From an uncultured Actinomycetes bacterium (GTDB lineage: Bacteria; Actinomycetota; Thermoleophilia; Gaiellales; Gaiellaceae), in NCBI GenBank assembly GCA_963746805.1, contig CAVVCQ010000007.1:70510-134509 (forward strand): 64,000 nt of DNA, read 5' to 3'. Positions 18,398 through 25,966 of the stretch are shown one piece after another. The notes under the pieces were generated by a model. That model did not search any database and was not told the DNA's origin. It saw only the letters and a list, made by a program, of their open reading frames with translations. A program made the translations under genes and the position numbers. Each line of letters opens with the position of its first letter. Position 1 is the stretch's first letter.

Positions 18398-18591
18398 GCG
18401 CTGCAGGGTACTCGCGGTCGTCGCGCTGAGCCACCGAGAGATCCCCCAAATGGACTACACGGCGGCGTGGTGAGGCCCGTTACCGTGGCCGCTCCGCCCA
18501 GGGCGACGTGCAGCTCGGTGAGCGCCGTCGCACGACCGGACCCGCGCGCCTGCGTGGGAGCTCCGAGTCCCGACCACCGACGGAGTCCCGT

Positions 18592-19203
18592 ATGCCCCAG
18601 CAACTCGCAAACCGAGCTGTGCCGCGCGCCATGCTGGCTCTCGCCGTGCTCGTTCTCGTGCTGGCCGCGGGGGCGCTGACGCAGCCGGGTACGGCGGCAG
18701 GCGACCGTACGCGCGCAGTCGACAAGAGCGTGGGCACCCACTCGCCGGCGACGCGCGGCAGGACGACGCCGCACGCCCGCCTCGCCGGTCGCGTCCGCCC
18801 GCCGGCGCGGAAGCCGCACGTCCGGAAGCGCGCCAAGAAGCGGCAGCCGAGCCGCGGCCTGCGCGCCGTCCGGATCGCGAACCGGCTCACCGGGATTCCC
18901 TATGTGTGGGGCGGCGCCTCGCCGCGCAGCGGGTTCGACTGCTCGGGGCTCGTGCAGTACGTGTACGGGAAGCTCGGCATCTCGCTGCCGCACTACACGG
19001 TGTCGCAGTATCGGCACGGGCGCTCGGTGTCGCGCTCGAGCCTGCGGCCCGGCGACCTGGTCTTTTTCTACGGGCTCGGTCACGTCGGCATCTACGCCGG
19101 CCACGGCAAGTACATCCACGCGCCGCGCCGCGGTTCGACCGTGCGCTGGGCCTCGCTGGCGTCGAACCCGAGCTACTACGGCGCCCGTCGCCTCATCAGC
19201 TGA
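18592..19203 (+). CDS. secreted NlpC/P60 peptidoglycan endopeptidase, copy 1
   Basis: ATG 18592 sits 6 nt after CGGAG. Signal peptide is AMLALAVLVLVLAAGA. Catalytic region reads GIPYVWGGASPRSGFDCSGLVQYVY...GHVGIYAGHGKYIHAP. Confidence 0.88.
   Translation: MPQQLANRAVPRAMLALAVLVLVLAAGALTQPGTAAGDRTRAVDKSVGTHSPATRGRTTPHARLAGRVRPPARKPHVRKRAKKRQPSRGLRAVRIANRLTGIPYVWGGASPRSGFDCSGLVQYVYGKLGISLPHYTVSQYRHGRSVSRSSLRPGDLVFFYGLGHVGIYAGHGKYIHAPRRGSTVRWASLASNPSYYGARRLIS
18826..19167 (+). repeat. 342-nt segment near-identical to 21963..22304 (direct repeat, NlpC/P60 catalytic domain)
   Basis: Hand alignment shows the two segments are the same length with no gaps. I counted about 20 mismatches, mostly at third codon positions. 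Confidence 0.85.
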
Positions 19204-19219
19204 CGGCGCCGGCCCGCGT

Positions 19220-19525
19220 TCACTCGATCCTCGTGTCGACGTAGACCGTCCAGTCGGCAACGTCCTCGATCTCGAAGACGCCGTTGAGGACGAACGGGTC
19301 CCGCTGCATCACCTCGCGGACCGCATCGGCGTCCATGCCTTCCCAGAGGGACATCGAGCCGAGGCGGTTCGTCCACGGCCCGCCCATGACGAAGAGCCCG
19401 CGCTCGATCAGGTCGTCGATGAACGCGGCGTGCTCGTCCCAGCCCGGCTGGTCCTCCGGCAGGCCGCTCGTCCAGGTCGGGCCGGGGCCGACTCGCAGGA
19501 CGACACGTGGGATGCGGAGCGGCAT
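19220..19525 (-). CDS. YciI-like (DGPF/YCII-related) small protein
   Basis: ATG 19525 sits 6 nt after GGGAGGG. Sequence ...GWDEHAAFIDDLIERGLFVMGGPW...DPFVLNGVFEIE. Confidence 0.65.
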   Translation of the reverse strand: MPLRIPRVVLRVGPGPTWTSGLPEDQPGWDEHAAFIDDLIERGLFVMGGPWTNRLGSMSLWEGMDADAVREVMQRDPFVLNGVFEIEDVADWTVYVDTRIE

Positions 19526-19606
19526 CGCGTTCCCTCCCAACGGTAGCGTCGAGCCGCGGCCTGCGAACCGCGACGACGTCCCCGTGCGCCCGCCGGGTGA
19601 ATCGCC

Positions 19607-20143
19607 CTAGTAGCCGTACCCGCCGTCGTCGTCGCTCGACGAGCTCGAGTTCGCGTTCGAGGTCGACACCCCGGTCGGCGTGGCGACGTGCCAGACGAAG
19701 GCCTGGCCGTCGAAGCTGTCGGCGAAGCCGTTCCCCGTCACCGTGCCGGCGTCCGGATCCTCGGTGAAGCGGTAGAGCAGCCGGCCGTCGAACGTGACCT
19801 GGCGGCTGCCGTCCGGGCGGGTCACGACGCCGAGCTCGCCGTCGAGGCCGTCGCCCGAGGTGGGCGTGCCGCCGCTCACCGTGAGGGGCTCCCAGATGCT
19901 GGTGCAGGAGTCGGTGCAGAGCACCTTGCCGCCTGCTTCCTGGTCGGCCGCGTACAGGGCGGCGCCCTGGGAGTCGACGAGGACCCGGCCGACGCCGTCG
20001 ACCATCTCGGAGGAGACGGTCGCGCCGGCGGTCGACGTCGAGCCGCCCGCATCGGAGTCGCCGCCACCGCCGCAGGCGCCGACGAGGAGGATCACCGCAG
20101 CCGCGAGCACGAGGAGCGATGCGTATGTCTTCGTGGTCTTCAT
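19607..20143 (-). CDS. lipoprotein with COG4315-type secreted repeats
   Basis: MKTTKTYASLLVLAAAVILLVGAC lipobox, then two repeats of the type G..L(V/Y)...D...G...C...C...W.P (GRVLVDSQGAALYAADQE..KVLCTDSCTSIWEPL; GRLLYRFTEDPDAG). Confidence 0.75.
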   Translation of the reverse strand: MKTTKTYASLLVLAAAVILLVGACGGGGDSDAGGSTSTAGATVSSEMVDGVGRVLVDSQGAALYAADQEAGGKVLCTDSCTSIWEPLTVSGGTPTSGDGLDGELGVVTRPDGSRQVTFDGRLLYRFTEDPDAGTVTGNGFADSFDGQAFVWHVATPTGVSTSNANSSSSSDDDGGYGY

Positions 20144-20188
20144 GCCTGTCTCTACCGTCGATCCGCGCCGGAGGGATTGCATCGACGG

Positions 20189-20875
20189 TCAGGAGGACCG
20201 GGCGACGAGGACCGGGCGGCCGTCCGCGCCGAGAAGCTGCACGGCGGCCACGTCCTCGAGCGGGACGGGCAGTGCGCCGCCCCAGGCGCCGTCGGCGAGC
20301 TCGAAGGAGCGCAGCGGGATCCGGCGGCCGTCCCTGGCGATGAGCTCCGCCTGCTCGATCGCTCCGCGGTAGCTGGGGTCGACCGTGACGAGGACCCACG
20401 ACGGGTCGCCGCGGTAGCGGAACAGCACGCCCCCTGGGCGCCCGGCGGAGTCGGCGAGCCGGACGGCGCCGAAGTAGCTGCCGTTCGCCTCGTCGAGCGC
20501 GGCGCGGTACTCGTCGGCCAGGCGCCGGTCGTCCCCGAAGACGAACAGCACGCCTCCGACGGCGATCGCAGCGGCGGCGGTCGCCGCGGCGAGCGCGGGC
20601 AGCGAGCGGCGGAACAGGTCGCGCAGCGAGCGAGGGCTCGGGGCCGGCGGCTCGATCGCGCGCAGCACGCCGAGCTCGAACCCGGGCGGCGGCTCCCGTT
20701 CCGGTGCGAGCAGCAGGAGCTCGTCGGCGATCGCGGACTGGCGCTCCAGCTCGAGGCGGCACTCGGCGCACGCGCTCACGTGCTCGAGCACACGGGCGCG
20801 CTCGGCGCCGTCGGCGATCCCGAGCGCCACCTCGGCGAGCAGGTCGCGCGGCTCGTGGCGCTGCTCGTCAGCCAT
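20189..20875 (-). CDS. anti-sigma factor (zf-HC2 type, single TM)
   Basis: N-terminal motif is H..SCAECRLELE. Central TM segment is LPALAAATAAAAIAVGGVLFVF. Overlaps the ECF sigma gene by 8 nt. Confidence 0.75.
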   Translation of the reverse strand: MADEQRHEPRDLLAEVALGIADGAERARVLEHVSACAECRLELERQSAIADELLLLAPEREPPPGFELGVLRAIEPPAPSPRSLRDLFRRSLPALAAATAAAAIAVGGVLFVFGDDRRLADEYRAALDEANGSYFGAVRLADSAGRPGGVLFRYRGDPSWVLVTVDPSYRGAIEQAELIARDGRRIPLRSFELADGAWGGALPVPLEDVAAVQLLGADGRPVLVARSS

Positions 20876-21434
20876 CGCTCACCTCCAGGTGGGCGCGAAG
20901 GCGCCGGATCGCCGTGCGGATGCGCGTCTTGGCGGTGCCCACCGGGATCGCCTCGACCTCGGCGATCTCCGCCGCGGTCCGGCCGAAGTACGACGCGAGG
21001 AGGAGCGCACGCCGCTGCTCGTCCGGGAGCGTCGCGAGCACCCGGCGGAGCTCGTCGCGCTCGTCCACGCCCGCGTGCTCGTCACGCGAGTCGCCGAGCC
21101 GCAGCTTCGCCTCGAGGAGCTCGGCGTCGAGCGGCTCCGGCTGCTCGAGGCGTAGCTTGTCGACGGCCACGTTGCGGGCGATCGTGAGCAGCCACGTGAG
21201 CACGCTGCCGCGTCGCGCGTCGTAGCTGGCCCCGTACCGCCAGGCCCGCACGAATGCCTCCTGCGCGACGTCCTCTGCGGTGCCACGGTCGCGGACGATC
21301 GTCCACGCGAGGCCGTACACCCGCCGCTGAAAGCGGCGCACGAACTCCGCCGAGGCGTCGCGGTCGCCCGCCGCGAGCCCGGCGAGGAGCGCTTCGTCGG
21401 AGCTGCCCACACCTGCGTATACCGGCCCGGACAC
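20868..21434 (-). CDS. ECF-type RNA polymerase sigma factor
   Basis: Region 2 is VYGLAWTIVRDRGTAEDVAQEAFVRAW. Region 4 is LPDEQRRALLLASYFGRTAAEIAEVEAIPVGTAKTRIR. Start is GTG 21434 or GTG 21410. Confidence 0.82.
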   Translation of the reverse strand: MSGPVYAGVGSSDEALLAGLAAGDRDASAEFVRRFQRRVYGLAWTIVRDRGTAEDVAQEAFVRAWRYGASYDARRGSVLTWLLTIARNVAVDKLRLEQPEPLDAELLEAKLRLGDSRDEHAGVDERDELRRVLATLPDEQRRALLLASYFGRTAAEIAEVEAIPVGTAKTRIRTAIRRLRAHLEVSDG

Positions 21435-21457
21435 GCTCCGGGATTGCGCGGCGGGAG

Positions 21458-21658
21458 CTAGACGTGCAGCGCCGGCTCGGTCTCCGGCACGCAGCCCGGG
21501 CAGACGTAGTCCGGCTCGTCCTCGTGTGCCACCGACACCCAGCCGTCCGGCGCGTCGCATGCGTGCGTCCCGCGCTGCTCGACCGTCGCCCCGCACGTGC
21601 ACACGTAGACGCCGACGACATACGGGTACGTCTCCGTCGAGCCGATCCGCACGGTCAC
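21458..21658 (-). CDS. small Cys-rich (zinc-ribbon-like) protein
   Basis: 66 aa with GTG start and high GC3. Cys pattern CTC...C...CPGC. Ends 24 nt upstream of the ECF sigma start, on the same strand. Confidence 0.5.
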   Translation of the reverse strand: MTVRIGSTETYPYVVGVYVCTCGATVEQRGTHACDAPDGWVSVAHEDEPDYVCPGCVPETEPALHV

Positions 21659-21815
21659 GGTGTCAATGGTAGGGCAATCAGGCTCGGTCGGCGCCGGGTC
21701 AAGGTTCGCGGTTCCCCTGCCGATGGTGGTCCCCGAAGCGACACAGAGGCGGCCGGCCGGCCGGGGCGTTCCTTTTGTGCGCCCGGCGTGCGTCGTCGCC
21801 GGGAGGGACTCCAGG

Positions 21816-22343
21816 ATGACTCACCTCGCAAGCCGAGCCTCGCTGCGCGTCACGCTCGCACTCGCACTGCTCGTCCTCGTGCTGACCGCCGCGTTCGCGC
21901 GGCCCGCCGGCGCCGCGGCCCAACGCGACCCTGCCGTCGACAAGGGCGCGCACTCGACCAAGAAGCGCGCCAAGAAGCGGCAGCCGAGCCGCGGCCTGCG
22001 CGCCGTCCGGATCGCGAACCGGCTGACCGGGATTCCGTACGTCTGGGGCGGCGCCTCGCCGCGCAGCGGGTTCGACTGCTCGGGGCTCGTGCAGTACGTG
22101 TACGGGAAGCTCGGCATCTCGCTGCCGCACTACACGGTCTCGCAGTTCCGACACGGGCGCTCGGTGTCGCGGTCGAGCCTGCGGCCCGGCGACCTGGTCT
22201 TCTTCTACGGGCTCGGTCACGTCGGCATCTATGCCGGCCGTGGCAAGTACATCCATGCACCGGGGAGCGGCTCGGCCGTGCGCTGGGCCTCGCTGGCGTC
22301 GAACTCGAGCTACGACGGCGCGCGCCGCATCGTCTTCAACTGA
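21816..22343 (+). CDS. secreted NlpC/P60 peptidoglycan endopeptidase, copy 2
   Basis: ATG 21816 sits 7 nt after GGGAGGGA. Signal peptide is LRVTLALALLVLVLTAAFA. The catalytic domain is almost identical to copy 1. Confidence 0.88.
   Translation: MTHLASRASLRVTLALALLVLVLTAAFARPAGAAAQRDPAVDKGAHSTKKRAKKRQPSRGLRAVRIANRLTGIPYVWGGASPRSGFDCSGLVQYVYGKLGISLPHYTVSQFRHGRSVSRSSLRPGDLVFFYGLGHVGIYAGRGKYIHAPGSGSAVRWASLASNSSYDGARRIVFN
21963..22304 (+). repeat. 342-nt segment near-identical to 18826..19167
   Basis: See partner repeat. Both copies are on the plus strand and flank the YciI/ECF-sigma block. Confidence 0.85.
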
Positions 22344-22428
22344 CGCTTGCGCCTCGCGTCAAGGGCCCGTGCCGCCTTCGAGTGAGGACGAGACCGGGCC
22401 GCCCTTGCGGACGGCCCGCGACTCGCAG

Positions 22429-22617
22429 CTACCAGGTTCCGGGCCGTCCCGAAGGAGTTGGCTGCCGCTGATTGAGCCAGTCGTCGGGAACGTCTTCCCC
22501 TCTCAACGGCGCCTCGGGATCGGGCACGATCGACGGGATGTCGTCGCTCGGCCGGCGATCGTCTTCGCTCTTGCTCTCGTTCAGCTGGCGATCGTTCTCG
22601 CTCTTGCGCTCGCTCAT
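22429..22617 (-). CDS. acidic mini-protein, copy 2 (62 aa)
   Basis: MSERKSENDRQLNESKSEDDRRPSDDIPSIVPDPEAPLRGEDVPDDWLNQ... ATG 22617 lies inside the repeated junction CCAGATGA. Confidence 0.5.
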   Translation of the reverse strand: MSERKSENDRQLNESKSEDDRRPSDDIPSIVPDPEAPLRGEDVPDDWLNQRQPTPSGRPGTW

Positions 22618-22777
22618 CTGGCGATCACGGTTCCTTTTGTTGGCTGAGCCAGTCGTCGGGAACGTCCTCTCCTCTCAACGGCGCGTCCGGATCGGGCACG
22701 ATCGACGGGATGTCGCCGGTCGGCCGGCGATCGTCCTCGCTCTCGTCGTCGTTCATCTGGCGATCACGGTTCCTTTC
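22473..22777. repeat. tandem duplication (units 22473-22637 and 22645-22777)
   Basis: Both units run TGAGCCAGTCGTCGGGAACGTC...GATCGGGCACGATCGACGGGATGTCG...CATCTGGCGATCACGGTTCCTTT. Unit 1 has an extra internal segment of about 39 nt. Each unit carries one mini-protein plus a copy of the last codons and stop of the cupredoxin gene. Confidence 0.85.
22625..22756 (-). CDS. acidic mini-protein, copy 1 (43 aa; below the ORF-track length cut-off)
   Basis: Hand translation gives MNDDESEDDRRPTGDIPSIVPDPDAPLRGEDVPDDWLSQQKEP*. ATG 22756 overlaps the cupredoxin stop (ATGA). Confidence 0.5.
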   Translation of the reverse strand: MNDDESEDDRRPTGDIPSIVPDPDAPLRGEDVPDDWLSQQKEP

Positions 22778-23109
22778 ATGCCAAGTGCAGTGTGGCCGGG
22801 AACCGTGCAGATGTAGGGATAGCGCCGACCCTTCTTGAGCGTGACCGTGAGCGTCGCGCGCTGGCCCGTGCCCAGCAGTCTCGTCTTCTTGCCGGCGATC
22901 TTGAAGTCGTGTGAGGCTTGGCCGCGGTTGACAACGCGGAACGTGACCCTGCCCGCTGTCACGCGGGCCGGCACGATCTTGAACTTGAAGTCGGTGGCGG
23001 TGACGCCGTACGTCGCCGCGCGCGCCCCGGCGGCATGAGGAACGACGAAGGCGGCGGTCGAGGCGAGAACGCCGAGCGCAAGGAGTAGACGAACGCGGTG
23101 TCGCGCCAT
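22753..23109 (-). CDS. secreted cupredoxin (type-1 blue copper protein)
   Basis: ATG 23109 follows GGAGGGAG. Signal peptide is RLLLALGVLASTAAFVVPHAAGA. Copper ligand pattern is H (ASHDF) ... YICTVPGHTALGM (C-x4-H-x4-M). Confidence 0.82.
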   Translation of the reverse strand: MARHRVRLLLALGVLASTAAFVVPHAAGARAATYGVTATDFKFKIVPARVTAGRVTFRVVNRGQASHDFKIAGKKTRLLGTGQRATLTVTLKKGRRYPYICTVPGHTALGMKGTVIAR

Positions 23110-23206
23110 GGCGCTCCCTCCAGGTTGATTGAGCAAACTATTGCAAAGTACACCCAACGGGTCTACTGTCGACTGTTGCCCATACCCCAGTTTCGGAGGA
23201 GGAACG

Positions 23207-23881
23207 ATGGCAGGTTCAGGGGATGAGGAAGAGCGCGGTAGTCCGCTCTCGCGGGGTGCCCTGCTCAAACGCGCAGGAGTTCTCGGCGCGGCCGCAGCGC
23301 TTCCGGCAGCGGCCACCGCCGAGCACGCAGGCGCGGCCGAGGAAGTCGCCCAGCTGCAACAGCTGGTAACGCTGTCGCCGTCGCAGGCGACGACGATCGG
23401 CGCCTTCGTCGAGCGTTTGATCCCTTCGGACGCGTCCGGCCCGGGCGCTCGCGAGGCCAACGTCCTTCGCTACATCGATCGAGCGCTCGCAGGCGGGCTC
23501 TGGATGTTTCGGCCGTCGTACGTCGCCGCCACCCAGGCCCTCGACGCCTACGCACGGTCGAAGTACGGAGCCGACTTCGCCGCGCTTTCGACGGACCAGC
23601 AGGACGCTGTCCTGACCGACATGGACCTGAACCGCGCGACGGGATTCAACCCGAACGCGAAGGCGGTCTTCGAGATGATTCGCACGCACGCGGTGCAGGG
23701 CATGTTCGGTGACCCCGCTCATGGCGGGAACACCGGCTTCGCGGGCTGGAAGCTCGTTCGCTTCCCGGGCCCGCGTCTGTCCATCTCGGCACGCGATCAG
23801 CAGCTCAACGTCGTCCCGAAGTCGGACATGCGGTCGACGTACTCGATGCCACTGTTCAAGTCGACGTGGAAGAGGTGGTAG
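23207..23881 (+). CDS. gluconate 2-dehydrogenase subunit-3 (gamma)-family small subunit
   Basis: ATG 23207 follows GGAGGAGG. The export-signal-like N-terminus (LSRGALLKRAGVLGAAAALPAAA) is not a clean twin-arginine motif. Also has LSPSQATTIGAFVERLIPSD. Confidence 0.7.
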   Translation: MAGSGDEEERGSPLSRGALLKRAGVLGAAAALPAAATAEHAGAAEEVAQLQQLVTLSPSQATTIGAFVERLIPSDASGPGAREANVLRYIDRALAGGLWMFRPSYVAATQALDAYARSKYGADFAALSTDQQDAVLTDMDLNRATGFNPNAKAVFEMIRTHAVQGMFGDPAHGGNTGFAGWKLVRFPGPRLSISARDQQLNVVPKSDMRSTYSMPLFKSTWKRW

Positions 23882-23885
23882 CGCG

Positions 23886-25595
23886 ATGCCTGAGATGCTG
23901 AAGCCCACCGACGTCGTCGTCATCGGCCTCGGAGCTGCCGGCGGCACGGCGGTCTGGCCGCTCGCAAACGCCGGGCTGAAGGTCGTCGCGCTCGAGGCCG
24001 GTCCGCGCCTGACCGTGCAGGATCATGCGTTCGACGAGATTCACCACGGCACTCGCGTCACGTTCGGGAAGTGGAAGGCAAACGATTCGGTGCCGACGAG
24101 TCGAAGGAACTCGAGCGTCGCAGCGACAAGGCCGCTCGGAGCGGTCGGGCCGATGATGAACGCCGTCGGCGGCACTTCGATCCACTGGATGACCCAGAGC
24201 TGGCGCTTCCTCCCGTGGAACTTCAAGCTCGTCTCGGAGTCGGTCAAGCGCTACGGGCCGAACTCGATCCCGAAGAACTCCACCTCGATCGACTGGCCGT
24301 TCGACTACGCCGAGCTCGAGCCGTACTACGACAAGCACGAGTATTTCGTCGGGATTTCTGGACAGCACGGAAATCTCAACGGCACCATCGACCGGAGAGG
24401 GAACATCTTCGAAGGGCCGCGCAGGCGCCCGTACCCGAATCCGCCCATGCGCCGAAGCGGCTGGACGGACATGATGGACGACGCCGCACGCAAGTCCGGC
24501 TGGCATCCGTACCCGGGCCCTGCCGGGATCCGCACGCGGGCGTACCGCGGACTTCCGGCCTGTACCTATTGCGGATTCTGCTCCTCGACGGGCTGCTTCA
24601 CGAACGCGAAGGTGCAGACGGACGTCGACTACATCCCGCGGGCCGAGAAGACGAAGAACCTCACGGTCGTGCCGATGGCAGACGTCATCAGCATCGAGGT
24701 GGACTCGGAGGGGCGCGTGTCCGGAGCGCTCTACCGGAAGGGCCGACTCGAGTATTTCCAGCCGGCGAAGGTCGTGCTGCTTGCGGCGTACAACTATGAG
24801 AACGCGCGCATCCTGTTCCTCTCCACGTCGAAGGCCTTTCCCAACGGTCTTTCGAACAACCACGGGCAGGTCGGCAAGCACTGGATCGGCCATGGGACCG
24901 GTGCCGCGGGTGCGACGGGCTGGTTCCCGGGCAAGCGCCTGAACCGCTACAGCGGAACGCTGGGGCAGTTCACGGCGTTCGACGAGCTCGACGCCGACAA
25001 CTTCGACCACACCGGGCTCGGCTTCATCGGCGGCGGAATGTGCTCTGCGAGCATGGAAACCAAGCCGATCGCCACCGCCAACGCGATCCCGCCCAGCAAG
25101 CCACGCTGGGGCTCAGGCTGGAAAGCGTGGCTGAAGGAGAACGCCGACTCTGTGGCCGGCGTCGGCTCCCAGCTCGAAGTGCTCTCGTACGAGGGGAACT
25201 ACCTGGATCTCGACCCGACCGTGCGAGACCCGCAGGGGCGGCCGGTGATCAGGGTGACATTCGACTGGAGCGACAACGAGAGGCGGGAGGCCGCGTACGT
25301 CCAGGCCAAGATGGTCGAGTGGCTGAAGGCGGCGGACGCCGCCGAGGTCTGGACGACGCCGCCGGCACCCAATCCGATCAACACCCACGCCTACGGCGGA
25401 ACGAGGATGGGCGACGATCCCGACATCAACGTCGTCGACGGGTGGGGGATGTCCCACGAGGTCCCGAACCTGGGCATTCTCGGCGGGTCGACCTTTCCGA
25501 GCTCCGCCGGTCGGAACCCGACGCAGACCATCCAGGCAACGGCCTGGCGGACAGCCGAGTACGTCACCAAGAACTGGAGGTCCATCACCGGATAG
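23886..25595 (+). CDS. GMC-family FAD oxidoreductase (dehydrogenase large subunit)
   Basis: ATG 23886 is in frame with ORF 23709..25595. Has DVVVIGLGAAGGTAVWPLANAG, CTYCGFCSSTGC and HAYGGTRMG. Confidence 0.85.
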   Translation: MPEMLKPTDVVVIGLGAAGGTAVWPLANAGLKVVALEAGPRLTVQDHAFDEIHHGTRVTFGKWKANDSVPTSRRNSSVAATRPLGAVGPMMNAVGGTSIHWMTQSWRFLPWNFKLVSESVKRYGPNSIPKNSTSIDWPFDYAELEPYYDKHEYFVGISGQHGNLNGTIDRRGNIFEGPRRRPYPNPPMRRSGWTDMMDDAARKSGWHPYPGPAGIRTRAYRGLPACTYCGFCSSTGCFTNAKVQTDVDYIPRAEKTKNLTVVPMADVISIEVDSEGRVSGALYRKGRLEYFQPAKVVLLAAYNYENARILFLSTSKAFPNGLSNNHGQVGKHWIGHGTGAAGATGWFPGKRLNRYSGTLGQFTAFDELDADNFDHTGLGFIGGGMCSASMETKPIATANAIPPSKPRWGSGWKAWLKENADSVAGVGSQLEVLSYEGNYLDLDPTVRDPQGRPVIRVTFDWSDNERREAAYVQAKMVEWLKAADAAEVWTTPPAPNPINTHAYGGTRMGDDPDINVVDGWGMSHEVPNLGILGGSTFPSSAGRNPTQTIQATAWRTAEYVTKNWRSITG

Positions 25596-25605
25596 GAGTG
25601 CTGCG

Positions 25606-25639
25606 ACGTGGGGCGGCGCCTCGGCGCGCCGCCCCACGT
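25606..25639. terminator. perfect 14-bp GC-rich hairpin after the GMC gene
   Basis: ACGTGGGGCGGCGC-ctcggc-GCGCCGCCCCACGT. No U-tract follows. Confidence 0.5.
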
Positions 25640-25672
25640 ACGGTGAGAAGGCACGTGGCGGTCGACAGGGTC

Positions 25673-25888
25673 ATGCGCGACCCGGAGTGGGTCGAGATCC
25701 CCGAGCGGAGCGACGAGCACGGGCGCGCCCGCGGGGGCCTCTGTCTCGTCTGCGGCGAGTGGATCGAGGCCGACGCAAGCGACGTGTTCCGGATCCAGGT
25801 GTCGAATCCGCCCCGGGAAGCGGAGTACGCGTGCCACGAAGCGTGTTTCGAGCGCGTTCGGCACGCGAGCGTCCCCAGCCCTGCCTGA
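25673..25888 (+). CDS. small hypothetical protein (71 aa, 4 Cys)
   Basis: MRDPEWVEIPERSDEHGRARGGLCLVCGEWIEADASDVFRIQVSNPPREAEYACHEACFERV... It is the coding-looking tail of ORF 25040..25888. Alternative start is GTG 25643. Confidence 0.45.
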   Translation: MRDPEWVEIPERSDEHGRARGGLCLVCGEWIEADASDVFRIQVSNPPREAEYACHEACFERVRHASVPSPA

Positions 25889-25915
25889 ACGCGCTTGGAG
25901 TGACTTCACGACGCA

Positions 25916-25950
25916 ACCGTGTCACGGGATATCGCATCCCGTGACACGGT
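25916..25950. terminator. bidirectional terminator-like hairpin between convergent genes
   Basis: ACCGTGTCACGGGAT-atcgc-ATCCCGTGACACGGT forms a perfect 15-bp stem. It lies 16 nt beyond the nrdJ stop. Confidence 0.6.
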
Positions 25951-25966
25951 CACGACGCGTGACGCA

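Noticed and set aside
23207-23300. Twin-arginine (Tat) signal on the dehydrogenase small subunit.
   Set aside because: The motif reads S-R-G-A-L-L-K with a single arginine. I note it as Tat-like only and do not call it a Tat signal.
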